Of a stretch of 64,000 bases of DNA, positions 50,401 through 60,732 are shown piece after piece (position 1 is the first letter of the stretch; every line of letters starts with the position of its first letter). A program made the position numbers and the translations under genes. A model generated the notes under the pieces. The model saw only the letters and a program-made list of their open reading frames with translations, was not told the DNA's origin and did not search any database. The stretch is taken from contig JACPWO010000002.1 of assembly GCA_016197005.1 (NCBI GenBank), positions 210,178 through 274,177 of the forward strand, in the 5' to 3' direction. The stretch comes from Candidatus Anderseniibacteriota bacterium. Its GTDB lineage: Bacteria > Patescibacteriota > Andersenbacteria > UBA10190.

Positions 50401-50955
50401 ATGCCATTTGAATTTCAGGAAACAAAACTAGCTGGCGTTTTTGTCGTTTCCTCCCAAGCTCTCACTGATAATCGCGGATCATTTGCCGAACTATTTAAAA
50501 AGGATACCTTTGCTGAAATACATGCTGGCAACCCTCTCACACAAATAAATTGGTCTCGCAGTAAGAAGAATGTACTGCGCGGGATGCATTACCAATTGCC
50601 ACCCAAAGCGCAATCGAAGCTGGTCGCATGCGTGGCAGGAGAAATATTTGATGTGGCCGTAGATATTCGCAAGGGATCACCAACATACGGGCAATGGGTA
50701 GGGCAGATACTTTCCGCGGAAAGCAAGACAATGCTGTATATTCCCCAAGGATTTGCGCATGGCTTTTGTGTGACGTCAGAGGAAGCGGAAGTTATTTATT
50801 TCTGCGACGAACAGTATTCTCCAGAAAACGAAGGAGGACTCGTGTGGAATGACGTCGAAGTTGCCATCAGCTGGCCGAGAGAAAATCCAATTTTAGCTGA
50901 GCGTGATTTAGCTTTTCCTCCGCTTGCCGCGGTAAAGAACACGTTTACATTGTAA
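50401..50955 (+). CDS. rmlC: dTDP-4-dehydrorhamnose 3,5-epimerase
   Basis: ORF 50329..50955 trimmed to MPFEF; cupin RmlC motifs. Confidence 0.85.
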   Translation: MPFEFQETKLAGVFVVSSQALTDNRGSFAELFKKDTFAEIHAGNPLTQINWSRSKKNVLRGMHYQLPPKAQSKLVACVAGEIFDVAVDIRKGSPTYGQWVGQILSAESKTMLYIPQGFAHGFCVTSEEAEVIYFCDEQYSPENEGGLVWNDVEVAISWPRENPILAERDLAFPPLAAVKNTFTL

Positions 50956-50957
50956 GT

Positions 50958-51920
50958 ATGGCTAAGATCCTAATAACGGGTGGTGCTGGCTTCATTGGCT
51001 CATTCGTTGCCAAGGCTCTCGTTGAAGCAGGGGAAGAAGTTGTTTTGCTTGATAACTTCGATGACTTTTTATATCCAGCTACCTTTAAGCAGGCTCGAAT
51101 TGAACATCTTTTCAAAAAAGAAAAGCGTCCCCAAGTTGTGACTGGGGATATTTTAGATGGAAAGCTCCTGGGAGATGTATTTACTGACGGTCAGTTTAAT
51201 GCCGTCCTTCACTTTGCTGCACTGGCTAATCCTGGTCGTTCCATGACAGAAGCAGGACCGTATACGCTCGTAAACGTAAATGGCACGGTCAATGTACTAG
51301 AGGCAGTATCCCAGCACGAAGTTCCGCACCTCATCGTTGCTGGCAGCTCATCGGTGTACGACGATACCCAAACTCCCTTCAAAGAAGATTCTTACCCGCT
51401 TCGTCCCCATTCTCCTTATGGGGCTTCGAAAGCAGCGATGGAGACATATGTGCAGTTGTGGCACGAAATGCACGGTATTCCGACCACTATTTTCCGTTTC
51501 TTTAGCGTGTACGGCCCGTGGGGACGACCAGATATGGCCCCGATGATTTTTACTGACAGCGTTATGAATGAAAAGAAACTAGAACTTTCCACTGACCGAC
51601 AGCGGGACTTTACTTACATCGATGATATTGTGAGCGGCCTTATGTTGGGTCTCGAACGTACATTAGAATTTGAAATTATTAATCTTGGTCGAGGGGAACC
51701 GCACCCAATTGAAGATTTCGTACAATCGATTGAAAAAGCTGCTGGCAAAAAAGCCATTGTTACTTCCCGGGAAGCACCCGCTGGCGAGATGCGAGTAACG
51801 TACGCAGATATATCAAAGGCAAAAAAGCTCTTCGGATATGCACCAAAAGTTTCAGTCGACGAAGGAGCAGCTAAATTGGTTGACTGGTACAAACAGTACG
51901 GTAGTCTAGTGGCTAGATGA
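50958..51920 (+). CDS. NAD-dependent nucleotide-sugar epimerase/dehydratase (SDR family)
   Basis: TGGAGFIGS Rossmann, YGASK catalytic YxxxK. Confidence 0.8.
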   Translation: MAKILITGGAGFIGSFVAKALVEAGEEVVLLDNFDDFLYPATFKQARIEHLFKKEKRPQVVTGDILDGKLLGDVFTDGQFNAVLHFAALANPGRSMTEAGPYTLVNVNGTVNVLEAVSQHEVPHLIVAGSSSVYDDTQTPFKEDSYPLRPHSPYGASKAAMETYVQLWHEMHGIPTTIFRFFSVYGPWGRPDMAPMIFTDSVMNEKKLELSTDRQRDFTYIDDIVSGLMLGLERTLEFEIINLGRGEPHPIEDFVQSIEKAAGKKAIVTSREAPAGEMRVTYADISKAKKLFGYAPKVSVDEGAAKLVDWYKQYGSLVAR

Positions 51921-52732
51921 ATACTGCAGAGCTTCAGGACGTAGCCCGACGACTTCGCTTTGATGCGATTGATGCTATTTACCGAGCACAATCTGGACAT
52001 CCCGGGAGCTCGCTTTCAACGATGGAAATGCTTGTTGCTCTCTATATTGGTGGCGTCCTAAAGCATGACCCAAAAAATCCACAGAGTGATGACCGTGATT
52101 ATTTTCTGTTAAGTAATGGTCATGCGTGTCCTGGTTGGTACGCTGTTTTAGCTGAAGCGGGATATTTTCCAAAAAATGAGCTACAAAAATTGCGCCAACT
52201 CGACGCTGCTGCTCAAGGTCATCCTCATCGCGGAAGTCTGCCAGGAGTTGAAATTTCCTCTGGCAGTTTAGGACAAGGACTCTCCGTTGGTATTGGTATT
52301 GCGGCTGGTCTCAAGCTTGCGGGCAAAACAAGTCACGTCTACGTCATGATGAGTGATGGTGAGCAACAGGAAGGATCAACCTGGGAGGCAATAATGTCCG
52401 CTCCCAAATTTGGTCTCACGAACCTGATTGCAATTGTAGATAAAAATAAGTTCCAGATTGATGGAGCCACTGAAGATGTTATGCCAGGGCTAGACCCATT
52501 GGCCGACAAGTATCGAGCCTTTAACTGGGATGTACAGGAAATTGACGGTCACCAGTTTGAAGAAATATTTTCGGCTCTCACCAAAGCACAAAGAGCAGAT
52601 AAACCCGCCGTCATTATTTCACACACTAGTCGTGGTAAAGGTGTGTCGTTTATGGAGAACAGTGATCACTGGCATGCTGGGGCAATTACCGATGAACAAT
52701 TTGCGACTGCTAAAAAAGATTTAGGAGTATAA
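51917..52732 (+). CDS. transketolase N-terminal subunit
   Basis: SGHPGSSLS TPP-binding motif; 271 aa split form. Confidence 0.88.
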   Translation: MNTAELQDVARRLRFDAIDAIYRAQSGHPGSSLSTMEMLVALYIGGVLKHDPKNPQSDDRDYFLLSNGHACPGWYAVLAEAGYFPKNELQKLRQLDAAAQGHPHRGSLPGVEISSGSLGQGLSVGIGIAAGLKLAGKTSHVYVMMSDGEQQEGSTWEAIMSAPKFGLTNLIAIVDKNKFQIDGATEDVMPGLDPLADKYRAFNWDVQEIDGHQFEEIFSALTKAQRADKPAVIISHTSRGKGVSFMENSDHWHAGAITDEQFATAKKDLGV

Positions 52733-52735
52733 CTT

Positions 52736-53671
52736 ATGGCCCAAGAACTTATTGCAACCAGGCAAGCATTTGGAGAAGAACTGACGGCAATTATGAAAGA
52801 ACATAATGAAGTAGTCGCCCTAACAGCCGATTTAGGAGAATCACTGCGCATGCTCAAGATCCGAGACGAGATGCCAAATCGATTCTTTGATACTGGAGTC
52901 GCGGAAGCAAATATGGTGGGAATGGCTGCTGGACTTTCGATTGCTGGCTTTATCCCGTTTGCCGGTACATTCGGTGTGTTTATGACCCGGGCTTTTGATC
53001 ACATTCGCGTCCAGATCTGCCAGAATAATCTGCAGGCGGTTATGGTAGGCTCTCATGGAGGAGTATCTAATGCCTTAGACGGGGCATCGGCTCATGCCTT
53101 AGAAGATATTGCCTATATGCGGGCGCTGCCTAACATGACTGTGTTATTTCCTTCCGACGCTAACCAAATGCGAGGAGCGGTACGAACTTTATTAAAACAC
53201 AAGGGTCCAACATATCTGCGCATGTACCGCGAACCAACACCAGTATTTTCTGATCCAAAACGTCCATTTGAAATTGGCAAAGCATATATAGAAAAAGAAG
53301 GAATAGATATTAGTATTATTGCGACTGGCCCACAGGTGGCGTTTGCGCTAGAGGCAGCAGAGCAACTAAAGAAAGATGGAATAAATGCAGAGGTTATAAA
53401 TGTCTCAACGATTCAACCGCTTGATGTCCAAGTAATTGCTCATTCGGCGACCAAGACTGGAAAAGTTCTGACAGTTGAAGATCACAGTATTAATGGTGGC
53501 TTGGGATCGGCAGTAGCAGAAGCGCTAGGCGAGAATGCACCAACACCTATGCGACGAATCGGCGTCCGTCAATTTGGAGAATCAGGAAAATATCATGATC
53601 TTATTGCTAAACTTGGAATTGACTCAGCTGGAATTAGAAAAGTGGCAAAAGATTTCTTGCAAACCAAGTGA
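52736..53671 (+). CDS. transketolase C-terminal subunit
   Basis: Pyr and C-terminal domains, 311 aa. Confidence 0.88.
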   Translation: MAQELIATRQAFGEELTAIMKEHNEVVALTADLGESLRMLKIRDEMPNRFFDTGVAEANMVGMAAGLSIAGFIPFAGTFGVFMTRAFDHIRVQICQNNLQAVMVGSHGGVSNALDGASAHALEDIAYMRALPNMTVLFPSDANQMRGAVRTLLKHKGPTYLRMYREPTPVFSDPKRPFEIGKAYIEKEGIDISIIATGPQVAFALEAAEQLKKDGINAEVINVSTIQPLDVQVIAHSATKTGKVLTVEDHSINGGLGSAVAEALGENAPTPMRRIGVRQFGESGKYHDLIAKLGIDSAGIRKVAKDFLQTK

Positions 53672-53715
53672 CAAACCACAAAGACACGATTGTATAGTTG
53701 TAAAAAAAATATAAA

Positions 53716-53750
53716 ACAAGCTCGATCAAGTTGATCGAGCTTTGATGTTT
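53716..53750 (+). terminator. terminator after transketolase genes
   Basis: AAGCUCGAUCAA/UUGAUCGAGCUU inverted repeat followed by TTTGATGTTT. Confidence 0.6.
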
Positions 53751-53752
53751 AC

Positions 53753-54067
53753 TCAAGCGGGCTCAAGGCAATAGCCGGAGAAGTTCTGAATACTTCCGTC
53801 TGGCATCTCCAAGCCTACAACCTGAGTATGTCCCACATCTTGGGTAGAGGACAGGCGAGAGTCACAGTGAGGCCAATGACCCCCGTCTTGTCTCTTGCAG
53901 GAACAATCCGGGGTGAGAGCAGTCGGTGCAGCATCAACGGCTACAACCCTAAATGGACCCTCACCATGCTCTTTTTCGAGGAGCAGAGAAGTCAAATTTC
54001 GGACGAACACTTTCTGTCCGTGCCGAAAGAGATGAAGTTTTATCTCAGCACGACCGGAATTCGGCAT
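53753..54067 (-). CDS. doubtful small ORF (104 aa) in a slightly GC-elevated spacer; possible histidine-phosphatase remnant (LFRHGQ)
   Basis: Only weak RHG-like motif; equally long ORF on + strand (53828..54082). Confidence 0.2.
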   Translation of the reverse strand: MPNSGRAEIKLHLFRHGQKVFVRNLTSLLLEKEHGEGPFRVVAVDAAPTALTPDCSCKRQDGGHWPHCDSRLSSTQDVGHTQVVGLEMPDGSIQNFSGYCLEPA

Positions 54068-54136
54068 AATGCCTCCATGTAGGTGGAAACTCCTTAGGGT
54101 GTGGAAAAGAACTTAAGATAATAGACTATAATTACA

Positions 54137-55012
54137 TTGATGTCAAATATCCGCTTAACGGAAACTAAGTTATTCATTGACGGTGGTGATCCCACAGAAA
54201 CCGCGGAAGCTACTCATTTCCTCACCCAGGCGGGATACAAGGGACTAGATGGCCAGACTACGAATCCAAGTTTAGTCGCAAAAAATCCAGATATTGTTGC
54301 GAAAATAAAAGCAGACGAAAAACTAACAGCGGCGGAACTACTGCAGAAATATAAAGAGATCGTACAAGATATAGAAAAGTCTGCAGCCGGCGAAATTAGT
54401 ATTGAGGTGTACGCTGATCAAAATACGACAGCAGAAGAAATGGTAGCGCAGGCGCGAGAGATGGGAACTTGGATACAATCACGAGTCATCAAACTTCCGA
54501 CGACGGAACAAGGTTTGTTGGCGGCGGAACAACTCAAGGGAGAGTTACCCTTAAACTTGACACTCTGTTTTTCCCAGCAGCAAGCTGCTGCAATTTACAG
54601 CGCAACTCAGGGATCAGCTTATCCTGTTTTCATTTCTCCTTTTATTGGTCGACTTGATGACAGAGGAGAAAACGGAATTGATCTCGTTGCAAACATCTTA
54701 CGAATGGTTGGCCATCAATCTCATGTGCAGATTCTCACTGCAAGTATTAGAAGTGTTGAACATATTTTAGGGGCTCTTGCTTTAGGTACTCATGCCTTGA
54801 CGCTCCCTTTTGCAAAAGCATTCAAACCCTGGGCAGAGAAAGGATTTCCGCTACCAGGCGAAGATTATGAATATCACTTCAACGGTTCACCGATTCCGTA
54901 CGAAGAATTGGATTTGGCAGCGGATTGGCGCTCGTTTGATCTCCACCACGATTTAACGGCTGTGGGCTTGCAAAAGTTCGTTGATGACTGGAATAGTTTG
55001 TTAGATGGATAA
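54137..55012 (+). CDS. tal: transaldolase
   Basis: LFIDGGDP, TTNPSL motifs. Confidence 0.85.
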   Translation: MMSNIRLTETKLFIDGGDPTETAEATHFLTQAGYKGLDGQTTNPSLVAKNPDIVAKIKADEKLTAAELLQKYKEIVQDIEKSAAGEISIEVYADQNTTAEEMVAQAREMGTWIQSRVIKLPTTEQGLLAAEQLKGELPLNLTLCFSQQQAAAIYSATQGSAYPVFISPFIGRLDDRGENGIDLVANILRMVGHQSHVQILTASIRSVEHILGALALGTHALTLPFAKAFKPWAEKGFPLPGEDYEYHFNGSPIPYEELDLAADWRSFDLHHDLTAVGLQKFVDDWNSLLDG

Positions 55013-55033
55013 ATCCGAGGCTACAATCTAATC

Positions 55034-55864
55034 ATGAAGACTCTCATCATTGGTGCTAAAGGCATGCTAGGAAGCATGCTGGCACAAGTGTTTTCCGACT
55101 GGAAACCCACGGCGTGGGATAGAGCCGAGGTAGATATTACTGATCTTCATGATGTACGGGAGAAGTTACGTGCCCTTGCTCCAAAAGTAATTATTAACGC
55201 TGCAGCATACACAGATGTTGATGGTGCTGAAACGCAGCAGGAATTGGCTTTTGCGGTCAACGAAGGAGGAGTGCGTAATCTCGCAATAGTTGCTAAAGAA
55301 ATTGATGCAACACTTATTCATTACAGCACTGATTATGTTTTTGATGGACAGAAAAAAGAGGGGTATTCAGAAAACGATTCACCGGGACCAGCCGTAAATG
55401 TATATGGGCAATCTAAATTAGCTGGTGAGCGAGCTTTAGTTGAAATAAAGCCGAAGTTTTATCTGCAGCGCAGTGCGTGGCTATATGGTCCAGGCGGGAA
55501 AAACTTTGTCGATACGATGCTGGAGATGGGAAAAACAAATGATAACGTAACGGTGGTAGCGGATCAGTATGGCAGTCCTACATTTACAAAAGACTTAGCG
55601 TTAGCAACTCGAGCTCTCGTATCTGAGAAGTATCCATTTGGCATTTACCATAGTGTTAACGTAGGAACGGCTAGTTGGTTTGATTTCGCTAATAAGATAT
55701 TCCAGATTAAGCATATGCAGGTAGACGCCAAGCCGGTGAATAGTACTGCCTTTCCACGTCCAGCCAGGCGTCCCCAATGGAGTGTGCTCTTGAACGAAAA
55801 TGGTCCTGCCATGAGACCCTGGGAAAAAGCGCTTGAGGAATACCTCGGTCCATCCGAAGAATAA
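55034..55864 (+). CDS. rmlD: dTDP-4-dehydrorhamnose reductase
   Basis: MKTLIIGAKGMLGS, YSTDYVFDG, YGQSK. Confidence 0.85.
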   Translation: MKTLIIGAKGMLGSMLAQVFSDWKPTAWDRAEVDITDLHDVREKLRALAPKVIINAAAYTDVDGAETQQELAFAVNEGGVRNLAIVAKEIDATLIHYSTDYVFDGQKKEGYSENDSPGPAVNVYGQSKLAGERALVEIKPKFYLQRSAWLYGPGGKNFVDTMLEMGKTNDNVTVVADQYGSPTFTKDLALATRALVSEKYPFGIYHSVNVGTASWFDFANKIFQIKHMQVDAKPVNSTAFPRPARRPQWSVLLNENGPAMRPWEKALEEYLGPSEE

Positions 55865-55957
55865 TTCGAATCCATTTCGCTTTCTTTAGGCTCACGGTAA
55901 ACTTTTGAGCTGTAGTGGAAACAGCAGCTAAATGGACTTGACTAAATATAACAATTA

Positions 55958-57568
55958 GTGTATTTTCCTGACATGAATAAAAACTACCAAAACCACTCTA
56001 ATGAGCTCCGAAGGGCTATTGATAGCCTTGAACCGTGGTATGACCAAGTGGAAAAAGCAGTAGACCTTCTTAAAGCCGGTTTTAAGGCTGGCAAAACCGT
56101 GTATGTTGCTGGTAATGGCGGATCCGCTACCTTAGCTCAGCATCTCTCTGATGAAATGGTTGGTCGCTATGAATCTGACCGCCCAGCGTACCCAGTAGTT
56201 GCGCTAACAACCGATGGAGCAGTCCTTACGGTTATTGGTAATGATTATGGCTACGAGCATACGTTTAGTCGGCAAATTGAGGCGCTCGGACGAGAAGGGG
56301 ATATCTTTATGGGCTTCTCTACATCAGGTACATCAAAAAATATTTTAATGGCAGCAGAAATGGCAAGGAAGAAAGGAATGAAAATCATTTCTTTCACCGG
56401 GAATACCGGAACGTTTAAAGACTTAGCTGACGTTGCTGTTGTTTCACCAGCGAAAGCCACTTCTCGCATTCAAGAACTTGATTTACACGCTATTCATTTA
56501 ATGTGTGAGGCCTTTGAGCCAGAACAAAAACAACGCCGTATGGGAATGGATCGGATTGAGGAGCTCTTGGGTCACTTTGTGGGCAAGCGGATTATGGTTG
56601 TTGGTGACGTCATGTTGGATAAATATCTGGCCGGGATTGTCGAACGAGTAAACCCAGAAGCTCCAGTTCCAGTACTGCGTGCTCAGCAAGAACGTGAAGT
56701 AACCGGGGGTGCTGGTAACGCTGCGAAAAATGCTGCCACTCTTGGCGCCAAAGTAATTTTAGTGAGCGTTGTTGGACAAGATGATATGGCTGCCCGCATT
56801 GACAAAGCTGCTCAGAGCGAAGGATATGAATCTCGATTCATTCAAGATCCTAGTCGTCCTACTATTAGCAAAACTCGTTTCTTAGCTAAGATTCGGGAAT
56901 CAAATATTTTATCGGCTGATCCGATTGAAGGTAGTCAACAACTTCTTCGTGTTGATTGGGAGAACCGTGACAAAATATCTGGTGTAGTTGAAGAAAAAGT
57001 CATTCAAACTATTAAACAGATTGCTGGTAACGGTATTGATGGCATCCTTGTATCGGATTACGACAAAGGCGTAATTACTAAAAACGTTGCTGCCGCCATC
57101 ATGGAAGTAGCTCGTAAGCACAATATCGTTGTTGCCGCTGACTTAAAGCCTTCCAATGGCCCTCTTTTCAAAGGAGCAAATATTATTAGCCCGAACCGTA
57201 AAGAGGCACACGAATATTTAGGCCTTGATCCAATTGCTCAACCGACTGGACCTGCCGAAATTGCCAAGCGTCTGCGAGAGAGAATGGATACTGGTGTATT
57301 CGTAACTCTTGGACCAGATGGAATGTATGTAAATGCCGGTGGAGTAAACCAGCATGTACCACAGGATCATGTCGTGAAAGTATATGACGTCTCTGGAGCT
57401 GGTGATACTGCTGTTGTTACGCTTCTTTTATCACGACTGGCTGGAGCTAATCCGCTTGAGGCTGCCAAGCTCGCGAATGCTGCTGGGGCAGTAGTTGTCG
57501 GAAAAGTTGGAACGGTTGCTATTACTCCCGACGAGCTGCGTAGCATGCTTTTGCATCGACATAAATAA
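55958..57568 (+). CDS. fusion protein: sedoheptulose-7-P isomerase (GmhA, SIS domain) + D-glycero-D-manno-heptose-7-P kinase (HldE/RfaE domain I)
   Basis: N-terminal GNGGSATLAQHLSDE SIS motif; C-terminal PfkB-type kinase MVVGDVMLDKY, VTGGAGNAAKN, DVSGAGDT. Confidence 0.8.
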   Translation: MYFPDMNKNYQNHSNELRRAIDSLEPWYDQVEKAVDLLKAGFKAGKTVYVAGNGGSATLAQHLSDEMVGRYESDRPAYPVVALTTDGAVLTVIGNDYGYEHTFSRQIEALGREGDIFMGFSTSGTSKNILMAAEMARKKGMKIISFTGNTGTFKDLADVAVVSPAKATSRIQELDLHAIHLMCEAFEPEQKQRRMGMDRIEELLGHFVGKRIMVVGDVMLDKYLAGIVERVNPEAPVPVLRAQQEREVTGGAGNAAKNAATLGAKVILVSVVGQDDMAARIDKAAQSEGYESRFIQDPSRPTISKTRFLAKIRESNILSADPIEGSQQLLRVDWENRDKISGVVEEKVIQTIKQIAGNGIDGILVSDYDKGVITKNVAAAIMEVARKHNIVVAADLKPSNGPLFKGANIISPNRKEAHEYLGLDPIAQPTGPAEIAKRLRERMDTGVFVTLGPDGMYVNAGGVNQHVPQDHVVKVYDVSGAGDTAVVTLLLSRLAGANPLEAAKLANAAGAVVVGKVGTVAITPDELRSMLLHRHK

Positions 57569-57605
57569 AAAAATACCTCTCGGCCGCGAAGGCGAAAGGT
57601 AAGAA

Positions 57606-58295
57606 CTACAACTGATGAAGCTTTTCAAGAGTGACCTCTTTCCAGCTTCGGAACACTGCCCTGGCGCCCGCCGCCAGGAGTTTTTCGACTGTCTCCTTAT
57701 AGTAAATGGGCATTCCGATAACGGGAGATCCGGCCGCAACTGCTGCTCGTACTCCCACTTCAGAACCCCCAAATACTAACTGCCGCGCTGGATCGATGTT
57801 GAAGCGTCGCGCTGTCTCCAGATATACGTCGGGAGCTGGCTTACCGTAAGCAACATCTTCGCGTAGGACTGTGTTGCGTTCGTTGAAGATGTCACCTAGT
57901 CCAGAAGCTCGAATGAGTCGCCACGTATAGCGAATTCCCCTAAGGGATCCAATGGCAATCGGCAGGTGCGCTTTCTCCGCTGCATTGAGGAATTTCACGA
58001 AACCTTCCCGAGGATTGATGTCCCCCCAGTGTTCGAGCTCAACAAGCTTCGCATCGTACTGGTCACGTTTAAGTTGAAGAATTTCCTCCGCATTTCCACC
58101 GGTGAGGTGCGCGAATCTCTTCGCAACTTCTGGATCACCCGAACCAATGTAGTCCGGCACTTTCTCCAGCATTTCCTCAAATGTACTCGCAATACGGAGA
58201 TCACTTGCTATCTCTAACCACAGGGGGGTGTGAGCAAGTGTTTCTAGGTCAATGCTGGCACCCTCTAAGTCGTTTGTTATAAGTTCAAAGTCCAT
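57606..58295 (-). CDS. HAD-superfamily hydrolase (subfamily IA-like) with divergent motif I
   Basis: C-terminal LVFGGSEVGVRAAVAAGSPVIGMP typical of HAD motif IV; motif I reads NDLEG instead of DxDGT. Confidence 0.6.
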   Translation of the reverse strand: MDFELITNDLEGASIDLETLAHTPLWLEIASDLRIASTFEEMLEKVPDYIGSGDPEVAKRFAHLTGGNAEEILQLKRDQYDAKLVELEHWGDINPREGFVKFLNAAEKAHLPIAIGSLRGIRYTWRLIRASGLGDIFNERNTVLREDVAYGKPAPDVYLETARRFNIDPARQLVFGGSEVGVRAAVAAGSPVIGMPIYYKETVEKLLAAGARAVFRSWKEVTLEKLHQL

Positions 58296-58363
58296 TCACG
58301 TTCTCCAAGAGAGGTCAGTAAGGAGTGTTGTTATTACTGGCATAAAGGCATAGTATTGTCAAT

Positions 58364-58903
58364 ATGCAAAAAGTTGTTTTCCTTGATCGGGATGGGACTC
58401 TCAATATAGATCCTGGTACTCCCGTTTTTTTGCCAGAGCATTGGGAGTGGCACGATAAAGTTTTTGAGGCACTTCGTCTGCTTCAGGATGCTGGCTACGT
58501 TCTTGCTGTCGTTACGAATCAAACTGGTATAGGTCATAAATTATATACTGAGGAGCAGATGGCAGAGTTACACCGTTTTATGTTGAAAGAACTAGAAGAA
58601 AAAGGTTTGGATATAGCTGTCGTGGCATATTGCCCGCATCATCGCGAAGAAAATTGTGATTGTCGAAAACCAAATATTGGCATGGCGAAACAGGTAGAAA
58701 AGAAAATAGGTACTATCGATTACGCGAGTAGCTGGATGATAGGAGATAAAGTAGCTGATTTTGAGTTTGGTAGAAATATAGGTGCAAAAACTACCCTTAT
58801 TCGCAGTCAATATTGGACCGAAGATACTTTAACGGCGCAGCCAGACCTGATTGTTGACTCACTCTTTGAGGCAGCGCAGCATATAACTAATGATCATGCG
58901 TAA
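58364..58903 (+). CDS. gmhB: D,D-heptose 1,7-bisphosphate phosphatase (GmhB, HAD IIIA)
   Basis: FLDRDGTLN motif I, CPHHREENCDCRKP zinc loop. Confidence 0.8.
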   Translation: MQKVVFLDRDGTLNIDPGTPVFLPEHWEWHDKVFEALRLLQDAGYVLAVVTNQTGIGHKLYTEEQMAELHRFMLKELEEKGLDIAVVAYCPHHREENCDCRKPNIGMAKQVEKKIGTIDYASSWMIGDKVADFEFGRNIGAKTTLIRSQYWTEDTLTAQPDLIVDSLFEAAQHITNDHA

Positions 58904-59966
58904 AGTTTCTGATAAAATTACAACTCGCGAAGAACTTGCTCCGAAAGTAGCCAAGTGGCGCGAGGAAGGAAAAATCGTCGGCTTCACCTCTGGAAGTTTT
59001 GATATTATTCACGCTGGTCACGTTAGCTATCTAGAGAAAGCAAAAGAAAAGTGTGACATCCTTATTGCTGGAATAAACACTGATGCTTCTGTTCAAAGTT
59101 ATAAAGGGCCGGATCGACCAATTGTCCCAGAGGCAGGGCGAGTCAAAATGATGGCTGGTCTTGAGAGCATAGATTACGTCTTTACATTTGAAGAGCGACG
59201 TAATCGCACAAATCTTGAGGTTCTTAAGCCGTCTTTATATATCAAAGCGGGTGACTATACCGCTAAGCAATTAACGAGCGGGGATGTGGTAAAGAAATAC
59301 GGGGGAGATATTCTCCTGCTGCCGATGGAAGAAGGATTTTCTACTACTAATCTCATTAAGAAAATAGTGAAGCTGTATGGTGGCACGGTAGAAGATGAAG
59401 CTGACGAGAGTGTGAAAGCAAAGACAGAAAAGCGAGATCCACAAAAGGCCATACTTATTGATCGTGACGGGACAATTAATGAAGATATTGAGTATTTACA
59501 TGAGCCGGAAAAATTTAAGCTGTTGCCGAATGTTGGTGAAGGATTGAAGAAATTTCAAGAAATGGGATACAAAATTGCGGTCATTACGTTGCAAGCAGGT
59601 ATAGGTGTTGGTTATTTTACCAAGGAAGACTTTTTTAAGGTAAACCGTGAGATGTTTAAGCAACTGGCGCCATTTGGTATCACGATTGATAAAATATACT
59701 TTGCTACGCACAGTAAAACAGAAGATGGGAAAAATCCGAAAGAGGCTCTCCTCGAACGAGCATGTGAAGAATTGGACCTCGATCTAACTCAATCTATAGT
59801 CATTGGTGATAAAACGACTGATCTTTCTGTGGGTGAAGTAAGAGGTTGTATAAAGATTGGTGTTAAGACAGGGAAAGCCTTGCAAGATGGACAAGTGGAA
59901 GTAACACCAGACTATATAGCGAAGGATATTTTGGATGCAGCAACGTGGATAGAATCACGGAAATAG
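58890..59966 (+). CDS. fusion protein: heptose-1-P adenylyltransferase (HldE/RfaE domain II, cytidylyltransferase fold) + GmhB-like HAD phosphatase
   Basis: N-terminal GFTSGSFDIIHAGHVSYL; C-terminal ILIDRDGTINED HAD domain. Confidence 0.78.
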   Translation: MIMRKVSDKITTREELAPKVAKWREEGKIVGFTSGSFDIIHAGHVSYLEKAKEKCDILIAGINTDASVQSYKGPDRPIVPEAGRVKMMAGLESIDYVFTFEERRNRTNLEVLKPSLYIKAGDYTAKQLTSGDVVKKYGGDILLLPMEEGFSTTNLIKKIVKLYGGTVEDEADESVKAKTEKRDPQKAILIDRDGTINEDIEYLHEPEKFKLLPNVGEGLKKFQEMGYKIAVITLQAGIGVGYFTKEDFFKVNREMFKQLAPFGITIDKIYFATHSKTEDGKNPKEALLERACEELDLDLTQSIVIGDKTTDLSVGEVRGCIKIGVKTGKALQDGQVEVTPDYIAKDILDAATWIESRK

Positions 59967-60706
59967 CAAGCATCGCCCAGAAGGCTGGTGCGTGGTTGGC
60001 AGAGATGTTCACACGTAATGAATCTTCTTCAGCAGCTGATATTGCCTCACAGCAGATTATTGTGCCTGAGTTACAAAAGTATTTTCCTACTATTCCAATT
60101 TTAGCCGAGGAACGTATGGAAGGTGCTTCACTACTCCCTTCCAGTGATGATACGAAGGACCTTCCGTTTACATATTGGTCAGTTGACCCACTAGATGGCA
60201 GTGCTGTTTTTGATAACAAATGTTCTGAATGGGCAGTAAGTATTGCCCTTATTGAAAACCACAGACCAACACTCGGAGTATTGCATTTTCCGAGATTTGA
60301 AATAACCGTACAAGCAGAAGAAGGAAAAGGGTGCTGGCTAAACGGAAAGCAAATTCACGTTTCTGCCAAACGACCTCTTAGTGAGTGGCTTATTGGAGTA
60401 GATCTTTGTAGATCAGTTGAAGACGAATTTGTGGTAGATACGCTCCTGCCCCTTATTCGTAAATTCAGATACGTGCGGAATTTTCCTACAGTTGCCAGTA
60501 ATCTAGAACTGTTATTGGGTCACACTGGTCTCTGGATTACTAATAATGTGAGAAATTGGGATCTAGCTGCGGCTGCTATTGCTGTGCAAGAAGCAGGTGG
60601 AGTCGTGCAGCAACTTGATGGGCAACCAATAAATTGGAAAAGCGTACGTATGCCTCCTATTATTTCCGTTGCAGATAAAAGCCTCCTTGCGGAAATACCA
60701 TCTTAA
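59945..60706 (+). CDS. inositol monophosphatase / CysQ family phosphatase
   Basis: YWSVDPLDGSAVF metal-binding motif. Confidence 0.7.
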   Translation: MDRITEIASIAQKAGAWLAEMFTRNESSSAADIASQQIIVPELQKYFPTIPILAEERMEGASLLPSSDDTKDLPFTYWSVDPLDGSAVFDNKCSEWAVSIALIENHRPTLGVLHFPRFEITVQAEEGKGCWLNGKQIHVSAKRPLSEWLIGVDLCRSVEDEFVVDTLLPLIRKFRYVRNFPTVASNLELLLGHTGLWITNNVRNWDLAAAAIAVQEAGGVVQQLDGQPINWKSVRMPPIISVADKSLLAEIPS

Positions 60707-60732
60707 TGGTATAGAAATGGTGCCACAATTGT

